From Chloroflexota bacterium (lineage in GTDB: Bacteria; Chloroflexota; UBA5177), in the NCBI GenBank assembly GCA_035295425.1, contig DATGJB010000003.1, forward strand, positions 213-64,212: a stretch of 64,000 nucleotides of DNA. The letters run 5' to 3'. This document shows positions 48,349 to 59,315 of this stretch, piece by piece. Positions within the stretch are counted from its first letter, which is position 1. Each line of letters begins with the position of its first letter. A program made the translations under genes and the position numbers. Under the pieces are notes generated by a model, which worked only from the letters and a program-made list of their open reading frames with translations, did not search any database and was not told the origin of the DNA.

Positions 48349-48378
48349 TCAACTTGCCCCGGATTGTCGTCCTATAAT
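48349..48378 (+). promoter_or_regulatory. candidate sigma-70-type promoter for the EF-G paralog (perfect -10 TATAAT at 48373-48378)
   Basis: A perfect TATAAT is rare in this GC-rich sequence. Weak -35 candidate TCAACT 18 nt upstream. A 6-bp stem hairpin (CCCGTC...GACGGG, 48388-48410) follows in the 5' UTR. Confidence 0.3.
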
Positions 48379-48447
48379 CACGACACCGTGAACCGGTCAC
48401 CCGTCGGGTTGTGACGGGCGCACGATCCGATGGGCAGGAGGAGTGCA

Positions 48448-50481
48448 ATGAAAGACTACGCGATCGACAACATCCGCAATGTCGCAGTGGCCTCGCACCA
48501 GGGCACCGGCAAGACGTCGCTGGTCGAGGCCATGCTGTATGACTCCGGCGCCACGACGCGGCTTGGCCGGGTGGAAGAGGGAAACACGGTCTGCGATTGG
48601 GATCCGGACGAGATCAGTCATCACATCTCCATCAACACCACCGTGGCCCCGGTGGAGTGGCAGGGATACAAGATCAATCTGATCGACACCCCGGGCTACG
48701 CCGACTTCATCGGCGAGGTCCGCGAGGGGCTCCGCGTTGCCGACACCGTGCTTATGCTCGTATCCGCTGTGGACGGGCTCCAGGTGGGAACCGAGGTTAC
48801 CTGGCAACATGCCGACGAACGCGGCCTGGCGAAGGTCGTATTCGTCAATAAGATGGATCGGGAAAACGCAAATTTCGAGAACGTGATCGCCGAGCTACGG
48901 TCCCGCTACGGCACGACGGTCGTTCCGGTACAGGTGCCCATCGGACGCGAGCACAGCTTTTCGGGAGTCGTCGATGTGCTCGGCAACCGGGCCTACGCGT
49001 TCAAAGACGGCAAGGCCATGGCGACTGATGTGCCGCCGGATCTCGCCGGCATCGTCGATGAGTACCGACGCCAGCTCGTGGAGGCGGTGGCCGAGACGGA
49101 CGACGATCTCATGAACAAGTACCTCGAGGAAGAGGAGATCGGCGACGACGAGCTGATACGGGCTCTCCATGCGGCATCGGCCAGTGGCTCCCTGATACCT
49201 GTATTCTGCGGTGCGGCGACCGCCAACATTGGCGTCCACTGCCTTCTCGATGCGCTCATTCAGTATGCGCCGAGCCCCGCTGAGGCCGGTGAGAATCACG
49301 ATGGCAGGCTGGCCGCGCTGGTCTTCAAGACAATCGCCGATCCCTATGTTGGAAAGCTGAGCTTCTTCCGGGTCTACGGAGGTGCGGTCAAGAACGACTC
49401 GCACGTCTTCAACGCGACCCGCAGCCACGACGAACACATCGGTCCGGTGCTCGTACTGCGCGGCAAGCACCAGGAGCAGGTTGCGCAGATCGCGGCCGGC
49501 GATATTGGCGCGGTCGCCAAGCTGCATGATACCCGGACCGGCGACACACTGACCGTGAAGGACAAGCCGGTCACGCTCGACCCTATAGCGTTTCCGGAAC
49601 CCTCCTTCTCCGCGTCGATCATCGCCAAGACCAAGGCGGACCTGGATAAGCTCGGGCAGGCGCTGGGCCGAGTGCAGGAAGACGACCCCACGCTGCATGT
49701 CCAGCGGGACCCCGACACCGGAGAAACCATCCTTTCGGGGATCGGAGAGTCGCATCTCCAAATCGCGGTGGAGCGCATCAAGCGCAAATACGGCGTCGAT
49801 GTCGAGCTGGGCGATCCCAAGATCCCGTACCGGGAAACGATTACCGCCTCTGCCAGGGCGGAGGGGCGGCACAAGAAACAGACCGGCGGTCGCGGCCAGT
49901 TCGGCGACGTCTGGGTGGAATTCGAGCCGAATCGCGACGCCGACTTCGAGTTCGTTAACAAAATCGTGGGTGGGGCGGTGCCGAAGCAGTACATTCCGGC
50001 GGTTGAGAAGGGGATCCAGGAAGCCATGTCGAAAGGTCCGCTTGGTGGGTACCCGGTGATCAATGTCCGCGCTACCCTCTATGACGGCAAGTATCACGAC
50101 GTCGATTCCTCGGAGATGGCGTTCAAGATCGCCGGCTCCCTCGCCTTTAAGGAGGGAATCGTCAAGTGCAATCCGGTCCTGCTCGAGCCGATCATGAACG
50201 TCGAGGTAGTGGTGCCTGAGAGCTACATGGGTGACGTGATCGGAGATCTTAACTCGCGCCGCGCCCGCGTCCTCGGGATGGAGCCGATCGGAGGCGGTCG
50301 GCAGCGGGTCATGGCCCAGGCGCCGCTAGCCGAGATGACGCATTACGCAACGGTTTTGCGCTCGATTACCCAGGGACGTGGCACCTTTTCCATGTCACTG
50401 CTCGCCTACGAGCAGGTGCCGCCGCACGAAGCGCAGAAGATCGTCGAAGCCCACAAAAAGGAACTGGCAGCCGTTCACTAG
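48448..50481 (+). CDS. fusA: elongation factor G paralog (stand-alone, not in an rpsL-rpsG-fusA operon)
   Basis: ATG at 48448 with AGGAGG RBS (ORF track 48430). G1 AHQGTGKTS, G3 DTPGYADF, G4 NKMD. Domains II-V present (678 aa). Confidence 0.9.
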   Translation: MKDYAIDNIRNVAVASHQGTGKTSLVEAMLYDSGATTRLGRVEEGNTVCDWDPDEISHHISINTTVAPVEWQGYKINLIDTPGYADFIGEVREGLRVADTVLMLVSAVDGLQVGTEVTWQHADERGLAKVVFVNKMDRENANFENVIAELRSRYGTTVVPVQVPIGREHSFSGVVDVLGNRAYAFKDGKAMATDVPPDLAGIVDEYRRQLVEAVAETDDDLMNKYLEEEEIGDDELIRALHAASASGSLIPVFCGAATANIGVHCLLDALIQYAPSPAEAGENHDGRLAALVFKTIADPYVGKLSFFRVYGGAVKNDSHVFNATRSHDEHIGPVLVLRGKHQEQVAQIAAGDIGAVAKLHDTRTGDTLTVKDKPVTLDPIAFPEPSFSASIIAKTKADLDKLGQALGRVQEDDPTLHVQRDPDTGETILSGIGESHLQIAVERIKRKYGVDVELGDPKIPYRETITASARAEGRHKKQTGGRGQFGDVWVEFEPNRDADFEFVNKIVGGAVPKQYIPAVEKGIQEAMSKGPLGGYPVINVRATLYDGKYHDVDSSEMAFKIAGSLAFKEGIVKCNPVLLEPIMNVEVVVPESYMGDVIGDLNSRRARVLGMEPIGGGRQRVMAQAPLAEMTHYATVLRSITQGRGTFSMSLLAYEQVPPHEAQKIVEAHKKELAAVH

Positions 50482-50570
50482 ACCGGCCGGCGCCGCTCTC
50501 TAAGGGTACGGAAGAGGCGAACCTCGGCCATTGGACGTGCGATGCACGCCCTGTCCCCAACTAGGCTCGG

Positions 50571-50579
50571 TGGTACAAT
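50571..50579 (+). promoter_or_regulatory. candidate extended -10 promoter (TGgTACAAT) for DUF72-queG
   Basis: TGGTACAAT at 50571-50579, 35 nt upstream of the DUF72 ATG. Confidence 0.3.
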
Positions 50580-50613
50580 TTAGAGCAAACATCCCAACAA
50601 TCGGGGGCGACTG

Positions 50614-51531
50614 ATGGGAAAGGTCCTGACGGGGACGGCGTCGTGGACAGATCCTACGTTGCTGGCATCCGGTTGGTACCCACCCGAGGCCGACAGCGCG
50701 GAGGAACGGCTGCGCTACTACGCCCAGCGGTTCCCGTTAGTGGAGGTCGACAGCTCCTACTACGGCTTGCCGGCTGAGCAGACTGCGATGCTGTGGGCCG
50801 ACCGCACGCCGGTCGAGTTCACGTTCGATGTTAAGGCGTTTCGGCTGTTGACCGGCCATCCCACGCCGAAGAAAGCGCTGCCCAAAGACATCCGCGAATC
50901 ATTGCCGGCCGGGGCGGCGGACAAGACCAACGTGTACGCCAAAGACCTTCCACCGGAAGTAGTTCGCGAGGTGTGGCAGCGGTTTATCCGAGCGCTGATG
51001 CCGGTGCATAGCGCCGGGAAGCTGGGCGCCATTTTCCTGCAGTATCCGAAGTGGTTCTTCTTCGGCCAAGACAGCATGAGTCGCATCGCCGAGGCACGCG
51101 AGCACGCGCCCGACTACGCGCTGGCGGTTGAGTTCCGGAATCCCACCTGGCTCAGCGAAAGGAACGCCGATCGGACCCTCGACTTTCTCCGCGATCAGGG
51201 CATCGCCTACACCAGCGTCGACGAGCCGCAGGGAACGGCGGCCAGCGTTCCACCGCTCGCCGCCGCTACATCCGATCTGGCGGTGGTCCGCTTCCATGGC
51301 CGCCGCGCCGAGACCTGGGACAAACCGAATGTGGGCGTGGAAGAACGATTCCGCTACCTCTACACGGAGAGCGAGCTGGCCGAATGGGTTCCGAAGATCG
51401 AGAAGCTGCAGGCGGAGACGCGAGAAGTGCACGTGTTGATGAACAATTGCTACGCCGACTTCGGAGTGAGGAACGCAGCCCAGCTGGGGCAACTCCTGCT
51501 GCAGGCGGAGAAGCCGGTCGGGACGGCCTGA
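50614..51531 (+). CDS. DUF72 (UPF0759/YecE-like) family protein
   Basis: ASWTDPTL...YYAQRFPLVEVDSSYYGLP...FEFRNPTW pattern characteristic of DUF72. Confidence 0.8.
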   Translation: MGKVLTGTASWTDPTLLASGWYPPEADSAEERLRYYAQRFPLVEVDSSYYGLPAEQTAMLWADRTPVEFTFDVKAFRLLTGHPTPKKALPKDIRESLPAGAADKTNVYAKDLPPEVVREVWQRFIRALMPVHSAGKLGAIFLQYPKWFFFGQDSMSRIAEAREHAPDYALAVEFRNPTWLSERNADRTLDFLRDQGIAYTSVDEPQGTAASVPPLAAATSDLAVVRFHGRRAETWDKPNVGVEERFRYLYTESELAEWVPKIEKLQAETREVHVLMNNCYADFGVRNAAQLGQLLLQAEKPVGTA

Positions 51532-51563
51532 GCCCGGGCCTGGCGCCCGGTGACGCCGGACAC

Positions 51564-52916
51564 ATGATGGCGCTCGAGCAGGGCGCACCGCGCGCGCTGG
51601 CGAGGCGCGTCAAGACGTTGGCGCGCGAGGAAGGGTTCGATCTCGTCCGGATAGCGCCGGCAGGAGACCTTCATCAGGCTCGAGCGCGCTATCTTGCGTG
51701 GTTGGCGGCGGGACGACAGGGCGACATGAGGTGGATGACGCCGGAGCGGGCCGCCCGATCCGCTTCGCCGGCTGCGAGCGTGCCCGACGCGCGGTCGGTG
51801 ATCACCCTGGGGCTCGGGTACTTTCGCGGCGAGCCCTCTCGCCGCCCTGGCTACGGACGGGTAGCGCGCTACGCCTGGGGCCGCGACTACCACGACGTGG
51901 TCGGCTCGATGCTGCGGCGCCTTGCCGGGCGCATCGAGGCGGAGGTCGGTGGGGCCTGGACCCGCTTCGTCGATACCGGACCAGCCATGGACAAAGCGTT
52001 CGCAGCTGCGGCAGGGCTCGGCTGGTACGGGAAGAATACGAACATTCTCACGCCGGCCCTCGGTTCGTGGGTGCTGCTGGGAGAAATCATCACTGACCTG
52101 GCCCTGGAGCCGGACGCGCCGCTGACGCAGAACTGCGGTTCATGCTGCCTGTGTCAGATTGCCTGCCCGACGGGCGCTCTCGACGTCGATTACTCGATCG
52201 ACGCCCGCAGGTGTATCTCGTATCTCACCATCGAGCACCGCGGCCCGATACCACTTGAGCTTCGTCCCGCGATCGGCTCGTGGGTGTTTGGTTGCGACAT
52301 CTGCCAGGAAGTCTGTCCGCCCACCATGCGTCCGTACCTGACCACCGCGGCCGATACGCGGCGTTGGGCCGAGCGGGTCCGCGTTGAGGTTCGGGCGGCT
52401 CGTGGGCGCCATCTGCCGGCCGCGGCTGCCACTGCCCGACCGGTCGCCGGTGATACCGCCGGGGACATCCCACCGGACAGCCATCGCTTGGGCAATGACT
52501 CCCATGCCGATCTCGACCTCGTGTGGCTCCTGACGTTGACACACCAGCAGTACCTCGACGCCTTCCGGGGTACTGCGATAAGGCGAGCGAAGGTCTGGAT
52601 GCTGCGGCGAAACGCGGCGGTCGCGCTGGGGAACGTTGGGGACGACCACCATGTCGCGCCGCTCGCAGCGGCGCTCGCATTGGACGAGCACCCGCTCGTA
52701 CGGGGGCATGCAGCGTGGGCGCTCGGACGGCTCGCGCAGCGACACGCCGCTGACGATGCCGGGATCCACCTGCGAAAGGCTCTCTCCGCGGAACCGGACG
52801 CCTCGGTGACAGACGAGATCTCGCGGGCCCTGGAGACAGCAAAGGGCGCACGTGCGGTGCCGGCCGCAGCCGAACATGCCGACGCCGCCCGGGACAGGTC
52901 AGGACTGAGTCGATAG
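51564..52916 (+). CDS. queG: epoxyqueuosine reductase
   Basis: ORF 51384..52916, start at the internal ATG (MMALEQ...). DUF1730 region, then two 4Fe-4S motifs (CGSCCLCQIACPTGAL, CDICQEVCPP), then C-terminal HEAT-like repeat (HPLVRGHAAWALGRL). Confidence 0.8.
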   Translation: MMALEQGAPRALARRVKTLAREEGFDLVRIAPAGDLHQARARYLAWLAAGRQGDMRWMTPERAARSASPAASVPDARSVITLGLGYFRGEPSRRPGYGRVARYAWGRDYHDVVGSMLRRLAGRIEAEVGGAWTRFVDTGPAMDKAFAAAAGLGWYGKNTNILTPALGSWVLLGEIITDLALEPDAPLTQNCGSCCLCQIACPTGALDVDYSIDARRCISYLTIEHRGPIPLELRPAIGSWVFGCDICQEVCPPTMRPYLTTAADTRRWAERVRVEVRAARGRHLPAAAATARPVAGDTAGDIPPDSHRLGNDSHADLDLVWLLTLTHQQYLDAFRGTAIRRAKVWMLRRNAAVALGNVGDDHHVAPLAAALALDEHPLVRGHAAWALGRLAQRHAADDAGIHLRKALSAEPDASVTDEISRALETAKGARAVPAAAEHADAARDRSGLSR

Positions 52917-52963
52917 CGTGCGAACCACTCGCCCGGCCGCGGCCGGCGGTTCGTCTCGATGTC

Positions 52964-54622
52964 TCAGCCGTCCGTGGTCGACTCGCGCATTCCCTCGCGG
53001 CGCGTCGAGGGAGGGGAGTTCCTGCCTGCTGTGTCATCCACAGCTCTCCGCACCCGTTGCACCTGAACATCCCCGGCAGTGGGAACCGATCGTCCGCTCG
53101 AAGCATCCACGGCGCCTTCGACCAGCGGGTCGTCGCCTCCGTGCTCGAAAAGATCCTGCACCAGGCTGACGAGCGTACCGACTCCCACCCCGGTGGCACC
53201 CTTCGGCCGGTACGGCTCGGCGTCTCCGAATGCGGTGCCCGCGATGTCCAGATGTGCCCAGCGAGCGTCAGCCGCGAAGTCGCTCAGGAAGGCCGTCGCG
53301 GTCAGTGGCGAGGCCGGACGGCCTCCGGTGTTCTTGATGTCCGCCACCGTGCTGTCCATGGCACGGCGATACTCCGGGTACAGCGGCATCGGCCAGGCAC
53401 GCTCCAGGCCCCGTTCCGCCGCTCTCACCACTCGATGCACCCACCATGACGGTTTGCCGGCGGCCAGACTCGTGGCGCTGCCGAGTGCCACGGTCGCGCC
53501 CCCGGTCAGCGTCGCAATGTCCACGACGTGCGTTGCACCCTGGTGTACGGCATACGACAGGAGGTCGGCGAGCACGAGCCGGCCCTCGCAGTCCGTGTTC
53601 AGGATCTCGATCGTCTCTCCGTTAAAGGCGGTCACGACATCGCCCGGCCGCATCGCGCTGCCGCCCGACATGTTTTCGGTGGCGCCAAAATAGCCGGTCA
53701 CCGACACGCCCCGAATGCCCAGGCGAGCAACGGCAACCATCGCACCGAGAACCGCGGCCGCTCCGCTCATGTCAGCCTTCATCGCCGACATGCCTTCGAG
53801 CGTCTTTACCGCCAGCCCACCGGAGTCGAAGGTCAGTCCCTTGCCGACGAGGGCCAGCCTGACTGGCGAGTCGAGCTCGCCGTAGCGCATGACGACCACT
53901 CGCGGCGGTTGGTCGCTCCCGGCGGCGACCGCGAGAAGCGCACCCATTCCGAGCCGGCGGATTGCATCCTCCTCGAGCACGTCCACCGAGAATCCGACGT
54001 CTCGCGCGAGCTCGGCGGCGCAATGCGCTAGCCGGATGGGGGTGAGTTCATTGGGCGGAAGATTCACCAGGTCTCGCGCCAGGTTCGCGGCCTCACCGAT
54101 CGTGACTCCGGCCCGGATCTGCTCTTCCAGCCGCCCGGCGGGCGTGGACCTTACGATCGACACACGCTCCAGGCTCCGGAGGCTCTCACTGCCACTGGAC
54201 TTCTTCAATCCCTCGTTGTACGCCCCCAGCACCGCACCCTCCGCTGCGGCCATGGCAAACGTCTCGGCGTCCACCGGGACTCGTTCCAGGTAGGCGAGGT
54301 GACTGTACCGCGAGCCGGTGAGCGTCCTGGAGGCAGCCTGAAAGACCTGTTTCAGGCCGTACGCATCACAATCGGCGGCCGGGCCCGCACCGATGACCAG
54401 CAACGCAGGTCTGCCGCCGTGTGCGTGGAAAATGGCCTGCTGAAAGCGGCCGGCGCGCACCGCCCCGCGCTCGACCGCAGCCGCCAGGCACTCGCCTCCG
54501 ATTGTGAGGGCGCCCTCGATCTCCTCGACGCTTTCCCCTTCGAAGAGAGGCACGATAACGGCCGCGTCAGTTGGTACCTGGTCGACTGAGGCGAAAACTC
54601 CGGTCATGGGGGCGTCGGTCAC
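52964..54622 (-). CDS. pepA: leucyl aminopeptidase (M17 family)
   Basis: [17 protein letters not shown] and [16 protein letters not shown]17 active-site blocks. Confidence 0.85.
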   Translation of the reverse strand: MTDAPMTGVFASVDQVPTDAAVIVPLFEGESVEEIEGALTIGGECLAAAVERGAVRAGRFQQAIFHAHGGRPALLVIGAGPAADCDAYGLKQVFQAASRTLTGSRYSHLAYLERVPVDAETFAMAAAEGAVLGAYNEGLKKSSGSESLRSLERVSIVRSTPAGRLEEQIRAGVTIGEAANLARDLVNLPPNELTPIRLAHCAAELARDVGFSVDVLEEDAIRRLGMGALLAVAAGSDQPPRVVVMRYGELDSPVRLALVGKGLTFDSGGLAVKTLEGMSAMKADMSGAAAVLGAMVAVARLGIRGVSVTGYFGATENMSGGSAMRPGDVVTAFNGETIEILNTDCEGRLVLADLLSYAVHQGATHVVDIATLTGGATVALGSATSLAAGKPSWWVHRVVRAAERGLERAWPMPLYPEYRRAMDSTVADIKNTGGRPASPLTATAFLSDFAADARWAHLDIAGTAFGDAEPYRPKGATGVGVGTLVSLVQDLFEHGGDDPLVEGAVDASSGRSVPTAGDVQVQRVRRAVDDTAGRNSPPSTRREGMRESTTDG

Positions 54623-55839
54623 GCCGTCACACCGCTTCCCGTGGTGAGCCCGAGCTCGGCCCCTACCCTTTCGAAGGCGGAGAGTGCCTCGTCGAGGTCG
54701 CCGCGCGTGTGAGTAGCGGTCACGATGGTCCGCACGCGCGACTTTTCGTCCGGAACCGTAGGGTAGCCGATTCCCTGGGCAAAGACGCCTTCCTCGAAGA
54801 GTCGATCACTCAGCGCCATTGCCTTTCGTCCTTCACCGGCAATGACCGGGGTGATCGGACTGGTGCTGGACCCAGTATCGAGGCCGAGCGAATTCAGTCC
54901 GTCCTTGAAGTAGCGGGTATTCTGCCACAGCCGGTCGATCAGCTGGGGCTCCTCCAGGAGCACGTCGATCGCCGCGATGCATGCGGCTGCCACGGCGGGC
55001 GGATGTGACGTACTGAACAGGAACGGCCGCCCACGGTGAATAGCCAGATCGCGGACGCTCTGCGTGCTCGCGATGTAGCCTCCGAGGACGCCGATGGCCT
55101 TCGAGAGCGTGCCGACCTGGACGTGCACGCGCCCGTGCAAGCCAAAGTGGTCGACCGTTCCGCGTCCGTTCGCCCCGAATACGCCACTGGCGTGGGCGTC
55201 GTCGACATAGACGATGGCCCCATAGCGCTCGGCGAGCTCCACGATGGCGGGCAGATTGGCGACGTCGCCGTCCATGCTGAATACACCGTCGGTCACGACC
55301 AGCCGCCGGCGTAAACCCTGCGTCTCTTTGAGGGCAGATTCCAGTGAGTCCATGTCGGCATGCCGCCAGATCTTGCGCTCGGCCCGAGTCAACCGGATAC
55401 CGTCGATGATGCTGGCGTGGTTCAGTTCGTCGCTGAGTATCGCGTCGCCTTCACCCACCACTAGCGGAATGATTCCGCTATTACAGGTGAAACCCGACTG
55501 GAAGACGAGCGCTGCTTCGGTGTGCTTGAAGTCCGCAAGCTTTCGTTCGAGCTCTTCGTGGAGACTCATCGTCCCCGCGATGGTGCGTACCGAGCCGGAT
55601 CCGGCCCCGAACCGCTCGGTTGCCTCAACCGCTGCGGCAACCAGGCGTGGATGCGTGGTGAGACCGAGGTAGTTATTGGAGGAAAGATTGATGACATCGT
55701 GACCGTCGAAGGTGGCCCGAGGACCCTGCGGGCTCTGCAGGTCTCGTAGCCGCCGGAAGAGGCCCTTCGCGCGAAGCTCGTCAAGCTCTTCGTCGACGAA
55801 TGACAGCTGATTGCCGCTCATAGCACTGTCTCCTGACAA
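54619..55839 (-). CDS. kbl: 2-amino-3-ketobutyrate CoA ligase (glycine C-acetyltransferase)
   Basis: Class-II aminotransferase fold with the PLP-Lys region (GTLSKAIG). Lies immediately upstream of pepA (4-nt overlap) and downstream of tdh, the canonical tdh-kbl pairing. Confidence 0.85.
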   Translation of the reverse strand: MSGDSAMSGNQLSFVDEELDELRAKGLFRRLRDLQSPQGPRATFDGHDVINLSSNNYLGLTTHPRLVAAAVEATERFGAGSGSVRTIAGTMSLHEELERKLADFKHTEAALVFQSGFTCNSGIIPLVVGEGDAILSDELNHASIIDGIRLTRAERKIWRHADMDSLESALKETQGLRRRLVVTDGVFSMDGDVANLPAIVELAERYGAIVYVDDAHASGVFGANGRGTVDHFGLHGRVHVQVGTLSKAIGVLGGYIASTQSVRDLAIHRGRPFLFSTSHPPAVAAACIAAIDVLLEEPQLIDRLWQNTRYFKDGLNSLGLDTGSSTSPITPVIAGEGRKAMALSDRLFEEGVFAQGIGYPTVPDEKSRVRTIVTATHTRGDLDEALSAFERVGAELGLTTGSGVTA

Positions 55840-55880
55840 ACTCTTTGGCGTCGCTCGATCGCTTGACCCGGCGCGGACGA

Positions 55881-56921
55881 CTACTCGCCGGGATCGTTGG
55901 GGAAGAGGACCACTTTTCCGGACTGCGCGGAGCTAACAAGTTCGAAAGCTCGCGCGAAATCGCGAAGCGGCAGCCGGTGGGTGATGATGGGACGCAGATC
56001 CATACCCATTTCCAGAAATCCGCGCGTCTGGTACCAGGTCTCGAACATCCGCCGGCCGGCAATGCCCTGAACCGTTGCGCCCTTGAAGATCACGCCATCG
56101 GCAAGATCTACTTCTACCGCTCCAGACGGTATACCCAGAAGCGAAACGTACCCGCCGTGGCGAAGGGCGCGCAAGGCCTGGCCGATAGCCCGAGCGTTTC
56201 CCGACATCTCGAGGACGACGTCCGTTCCTTCCCCGCCGGTCTCGGCAAGGATCGTCTCCACGACTGGCTGCGACGCCGGATCGATGGCGACTTCGGCGCC
56301 GACTCGCCGGGCGAGGTCGAGGCGGTACGTGCTTGGCTCGACCACGATGACCTTCCTGGCCCCCGACGCCCGCGCGATCGGCACTGCGAATAGTCCGATC
56401 GGACCCGCCCCAAAGACCGTCACGGTGGAACCCGCGAGGGGCGCTGAAAGCGCAGTATGAACAGCGTTCCCCATCGGCTCCTGAATCGTCGCGATCTCGG
56501 GCGGGAATCGACGGTCGGTTACCCAGGCATTCTGCTCGGGAATCGCCACGAATTCCGCGAAGGCACCCGGGCGATCGACGCCGATGATCTCGACGCTTCG
56601 GCATATGTGTTGAAGGCCGTGCCGGCACTCGTAGCAAGCATTGCAGACGACGTGGCTCTCCGCCGCGACGTAGTCGCCCACTCTAACGTGCTTGACGTCC
56701 TCGCCGGCTGCCACCACTTCCCCGCAGAACTCGTGGCCGAACACCATTGGGGGGTGGAAGCGGCCCTGGGCCCAGGGATCCCAGAGGTAGATGTGCAGGT
56801 CGGTGCCGCAGATGGAGGCGGCGAGCACCCTGATCAACACGTCCTGCGCCCCGACTTCTGGAACCGCAACCTCGCGCAGCTCCGCGCCCGGCGCCGCTCG
56901 GGACTTTACCAGTGCCTGCAT
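55881..56921 (-). CDS. tdh: L-threonine 3-dehydrogenase (Zn-dependent MDR family)
   Basis: ORF 55881..56999, start at the internal ATG (MQALVKS...). Zn ligands and GHE motif ([19 protein letters not shown]). NAD fold GAGPIGL. Confidence 0.85.
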   Translation of the reverse strand: MQALVKSRAAPGAELREVAVPEVGAQDVLIRVLAASICGTDLHIYLWDPWAQGRFHPPMVFGHEFCGEVVAAGEDVKHVRVGDYVAAESHVVCNACYECRHGLQHICRSVEIIGVDRPGAFAEFVAIPEQNAWVTDRRFPPEIATIQEPMGNAVHTALSAPLAGSTVTVFGAGPIGLFAVPIARASGARKVIVVEPSTYRLDLARRVGAEVAIDPASQPVVETILAETGGEGTDVVLEMSGNARAIGQALRALRHGGYVSLLGIPSGAVEVDLADGVIFKGATVQGIAGRRMFETWYQTRGFLEMGMDLRPIITHRLPLRDFARAFELVSSAQSGKVVLFPNDPGE

Positions 56922-57167
56922 CGTCGCCGGCGCCACCCAGTCTCCGACAGAGCCTGTAGCGTGCGCCGGGATCTCAACCGCGGTCTCCTGCATGCGCATT
57001 ACCCTGCTACGGCCCGAGCCGGATCTACCTGGTGGTCTGGCCGTCCCTCCACATCACTATATGAGGCATATCCAGAACCGGCCAAGACTCCCGCACGCCG
57101 TCCGGCGACCAGCCGCCCGCCCGGCGCGTGTATCCAGACGCTCTCCACGCCGGCAGCCTCATGACGG

Positions 57168-57962
57168 TCATACGACGATCTGGAAGTAAGTTTCGGCGAG
57201 GACCGTCGTCAGTCCCGACGCGCTCCAGACACGAAGCGCGTACTCACCAGGAAGCAGATGGAGCGCGCCGGTGGTGAGGCGCACGAGTCCATGCTGCAAG
57301 GAGGTGACGGTACCAACCGCCCGCGGCCGCGCCTTTGTCGACAGCGGGTAGGCGACCAGCAGAAGCGGCGTGTTCGCCGGGAATCCGCGTCCCGCCACAG
57401 CGAGGTGCTGGCCATCCGCCTGCGGCAACACTACCGCCGACACGGTTGCGTGGATGACGACCATGTACTGGGCACGAGCGTATTGGACCCCGTCGGCATC
57501 CGCTTGCAGCTCGTATGTGCCCGGCGGCGCGGCCGGGATCCCGAACTGCGTCTTTAGGTTTCCGGAGCGATCCGTGTACACAGTGGTACTGATCGGCGAC
57601 GCCCGTCCGGACGGGGACCACACCAATGACACGGCGGCATCCGGCGGGAGATGGCCGCCATAGACCGTGAGCTGCCGGCTCACCGGCCCGCCGGAGGCGG
57701 GAACAGTGCGGAGGTAAGGGCCGGCCGGCGGCACCCACGGTGTGGGCCGGGGCGTCGCGCGCGGCCGGTAGCGGTGCGGCGTCGCCACGGCGGTCACCTG
57801 CACGGCGAAGCCCACCTCGGTGGTGGGGGTGGGGATGGGCGTCGTCGTGGGGAGGACGGGGCTGGTTTGCGCGTTCCCGCAGGCGGACAGGGCCAACGTG
57901 CCGGAGGCGCAGAGCAGCGCCAGCCCAGAGCGCCTGCGATGGTTCGTCGTTCGGGTGCCCAC
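57168..57962 (-). CDS. hypothetical lipoprotein
   Basis: Lipobox LALSACG after a basic N-terminus. Thr/Pro-rich linker. No known domain. Confidence 0.5.
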   Translation of the reverse strand: MGTRTTNHRRRSGLALLCASGTLALSACGNAQTSPVLPTTTPIPTPTTEVGFAVQVTAVATPHRYRPRATPRPTPWVPPAGPYLRTVPASGGPVSRQLTVYGGHLPPDAAVSLVWSPSGRASPISTTVYTDRSGNLKTQFGIPAAPPGTYELQADADGVQYARAQYMVVIHATVSAVVLPQADGQHLAVAGRGFPANTPLLLVAYPLSTKARPRAVGTVTSLQHGLVRLTTGALHLLPGEYALRVWSASGLTTVLAETYFQIVV

Positions 57963-58066
57963 GCGTATTCCCCCCTATTTCCGAGGATATACTGCGGTTA
58001 CGAAGAAGTGGAGGGCCGATCGGCATCTCCGGGTGGCGGCTGCAAGACTGTTGCGGGAGGCAAGGG

Positions 58067-59254
58067 ATGGAGCTGGCGGACCGGATGGACAGGCTGGGTA
58101 CCGAGACCGCGTTCGAAGTCCTGGCGAGAGCTCGCGAGCTGGAACGGCAGGGTCGGAAGGTGATTCACCTGGAGATTGGAGAGCCGGATTTCGACACTCC
58201 ACGCAATGTGGTGGAAGCTGGAGTCCGCGCTCTGCAGGAGGGCGCCACGCACTATACGCCATCCGCCGGGATGGAGGAGCTGCGGCGTGCCATCGCAACA
58301 GATCAGTCACGGCGAAAGGGTATCGCCGCCGAGCCCCAGAATGTGGTCGTCACGCCCGGCGGCAAACCGATCATGTTCTATCTCATGCTAGCGCTGCTCG
58401 AGGAAGGCGACGAGGTCGTCTATCCCGATCCCGGATTCCCGATATACGAGTCCGTGGTTCACTTTCTCAACGCGCGGGGCGTGCCGATAGGGTTCGTCGA
58501 GACAGCGGGGAAGTTCCGATGGGATGTCGAGGACGCGCTTGGCAAGATTGGCGACCGTACCAGACTGATCATCCTGAATAGCCCGTCCAATCCGGTTGGA
58601 TCGGTCATTCCCGCCGACGATCTGCGACGCATCGCCGAGGCCGCGTGCCGGCACGACGCGGTCGTCCTCTCCGATGAGATCTATTTCCGAATCGTGTATG
58701 ACGGCGGATTCACCAGTATCGCGACTATGCCCGGCATGGCCGAGCGTACGTGCATTCTGGATGGATTCTCCAAGACATATGCCATGACCGGCTGGCGGCT
58801 GGGGTTCGGCGTCATGCCCGAGGAGCTCGCTCCGCGCATCGCAAGGCTCGTCACGAACTGTGACTCATGCACGGCGGCGTTTACCCAGCTAGCCGGTGTC
58901 GAAGCGCTAACCGGACCACAGGACGCGGTCGACGAGATGGTCGCGGAGTTCCGAAGCCGTCGTGATCTGGTGGTCGAGGGGCTCAATGCCATCGAAGGAG
59001 TGACCTGCAACGAACCGGACGGCGCTTTCTACGCGTTTCCGAGTATCAAAGGGACAGGCATGTCGTCCCGCGAAGCCGCGGACTGCCTGCTGTACGAGGC
59101 AGGCGTTGCCGTGCTGGCGGGAACAGCCTTCGGCCGGAACGGCGAAGGCCATCTCCGGCTGTCCTATGCCAACTCATACGAAAATCTGGAGCGAGCCCTC
59201 GACCGGATCAAGAGCGTCCTGGAGGCTCGGGGCCGGGTGGCCGCCCTCACCTAG
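58067..59254 (+). CDS. pyridoxal-phosphate-dependent aminotransferase, class I (aspartate/aromatic type)
   Basis: ORF 57740..59254, ATG at 58067 with GGGAGG RBS. GEPDFDTP, PGGKP, and SKTYAMTGWRLG (PLP-Lys) motifs. Confidence 0.85.
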   Translation: MELADRMDRLGTETAFEVLARARELERQGRKVIHLEIGEPDFDTPRNVVEAGVRALQEGATHYTPSAGMEELRRAIATDQSRRKGIAAEPQNVVVTPGGKPIMFYLMLALLEEGDEVVYPDPGFPIYESVVHFLNARGVPIGFVETAGKFRWDVEDALGKIGDRTRLIILNSPSNPVGSVIPADDLRRIAEAACRHDAVVLSDEIYFRIVYDGGFTSIATMPGMAERTCILDGFSKTYAMTGWRLGFGVMPEELAPRIARLVTNCDSCTAAFTQLAGVEALTGPQDAVDEMVAEFRSRRDLVVEGLNAIEGVTCNEPDGAFYAFPSIKGTGMSSREAADCLLYEAGVAVLAGTAFGRNGEGHLRLSYANSYENLERALDRIKSVLEARGRVAALT

Positions 59255-59315
59255 CAGGTTCACGGTGGACCTCGGGCGCCCTGTTCCCGAGCGCATCGTC
59301 CGCCGCTGGCGGTAA

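Noticed and set aside
52225-53199. 324-aa minus-strand ORF across queG/pepA junction and 245-aa ORF 52140..52877
   Set aside because: Antisense to queG, with its 4Fe-4S and HEAT motifs. Extreme Arg/Pro bias.
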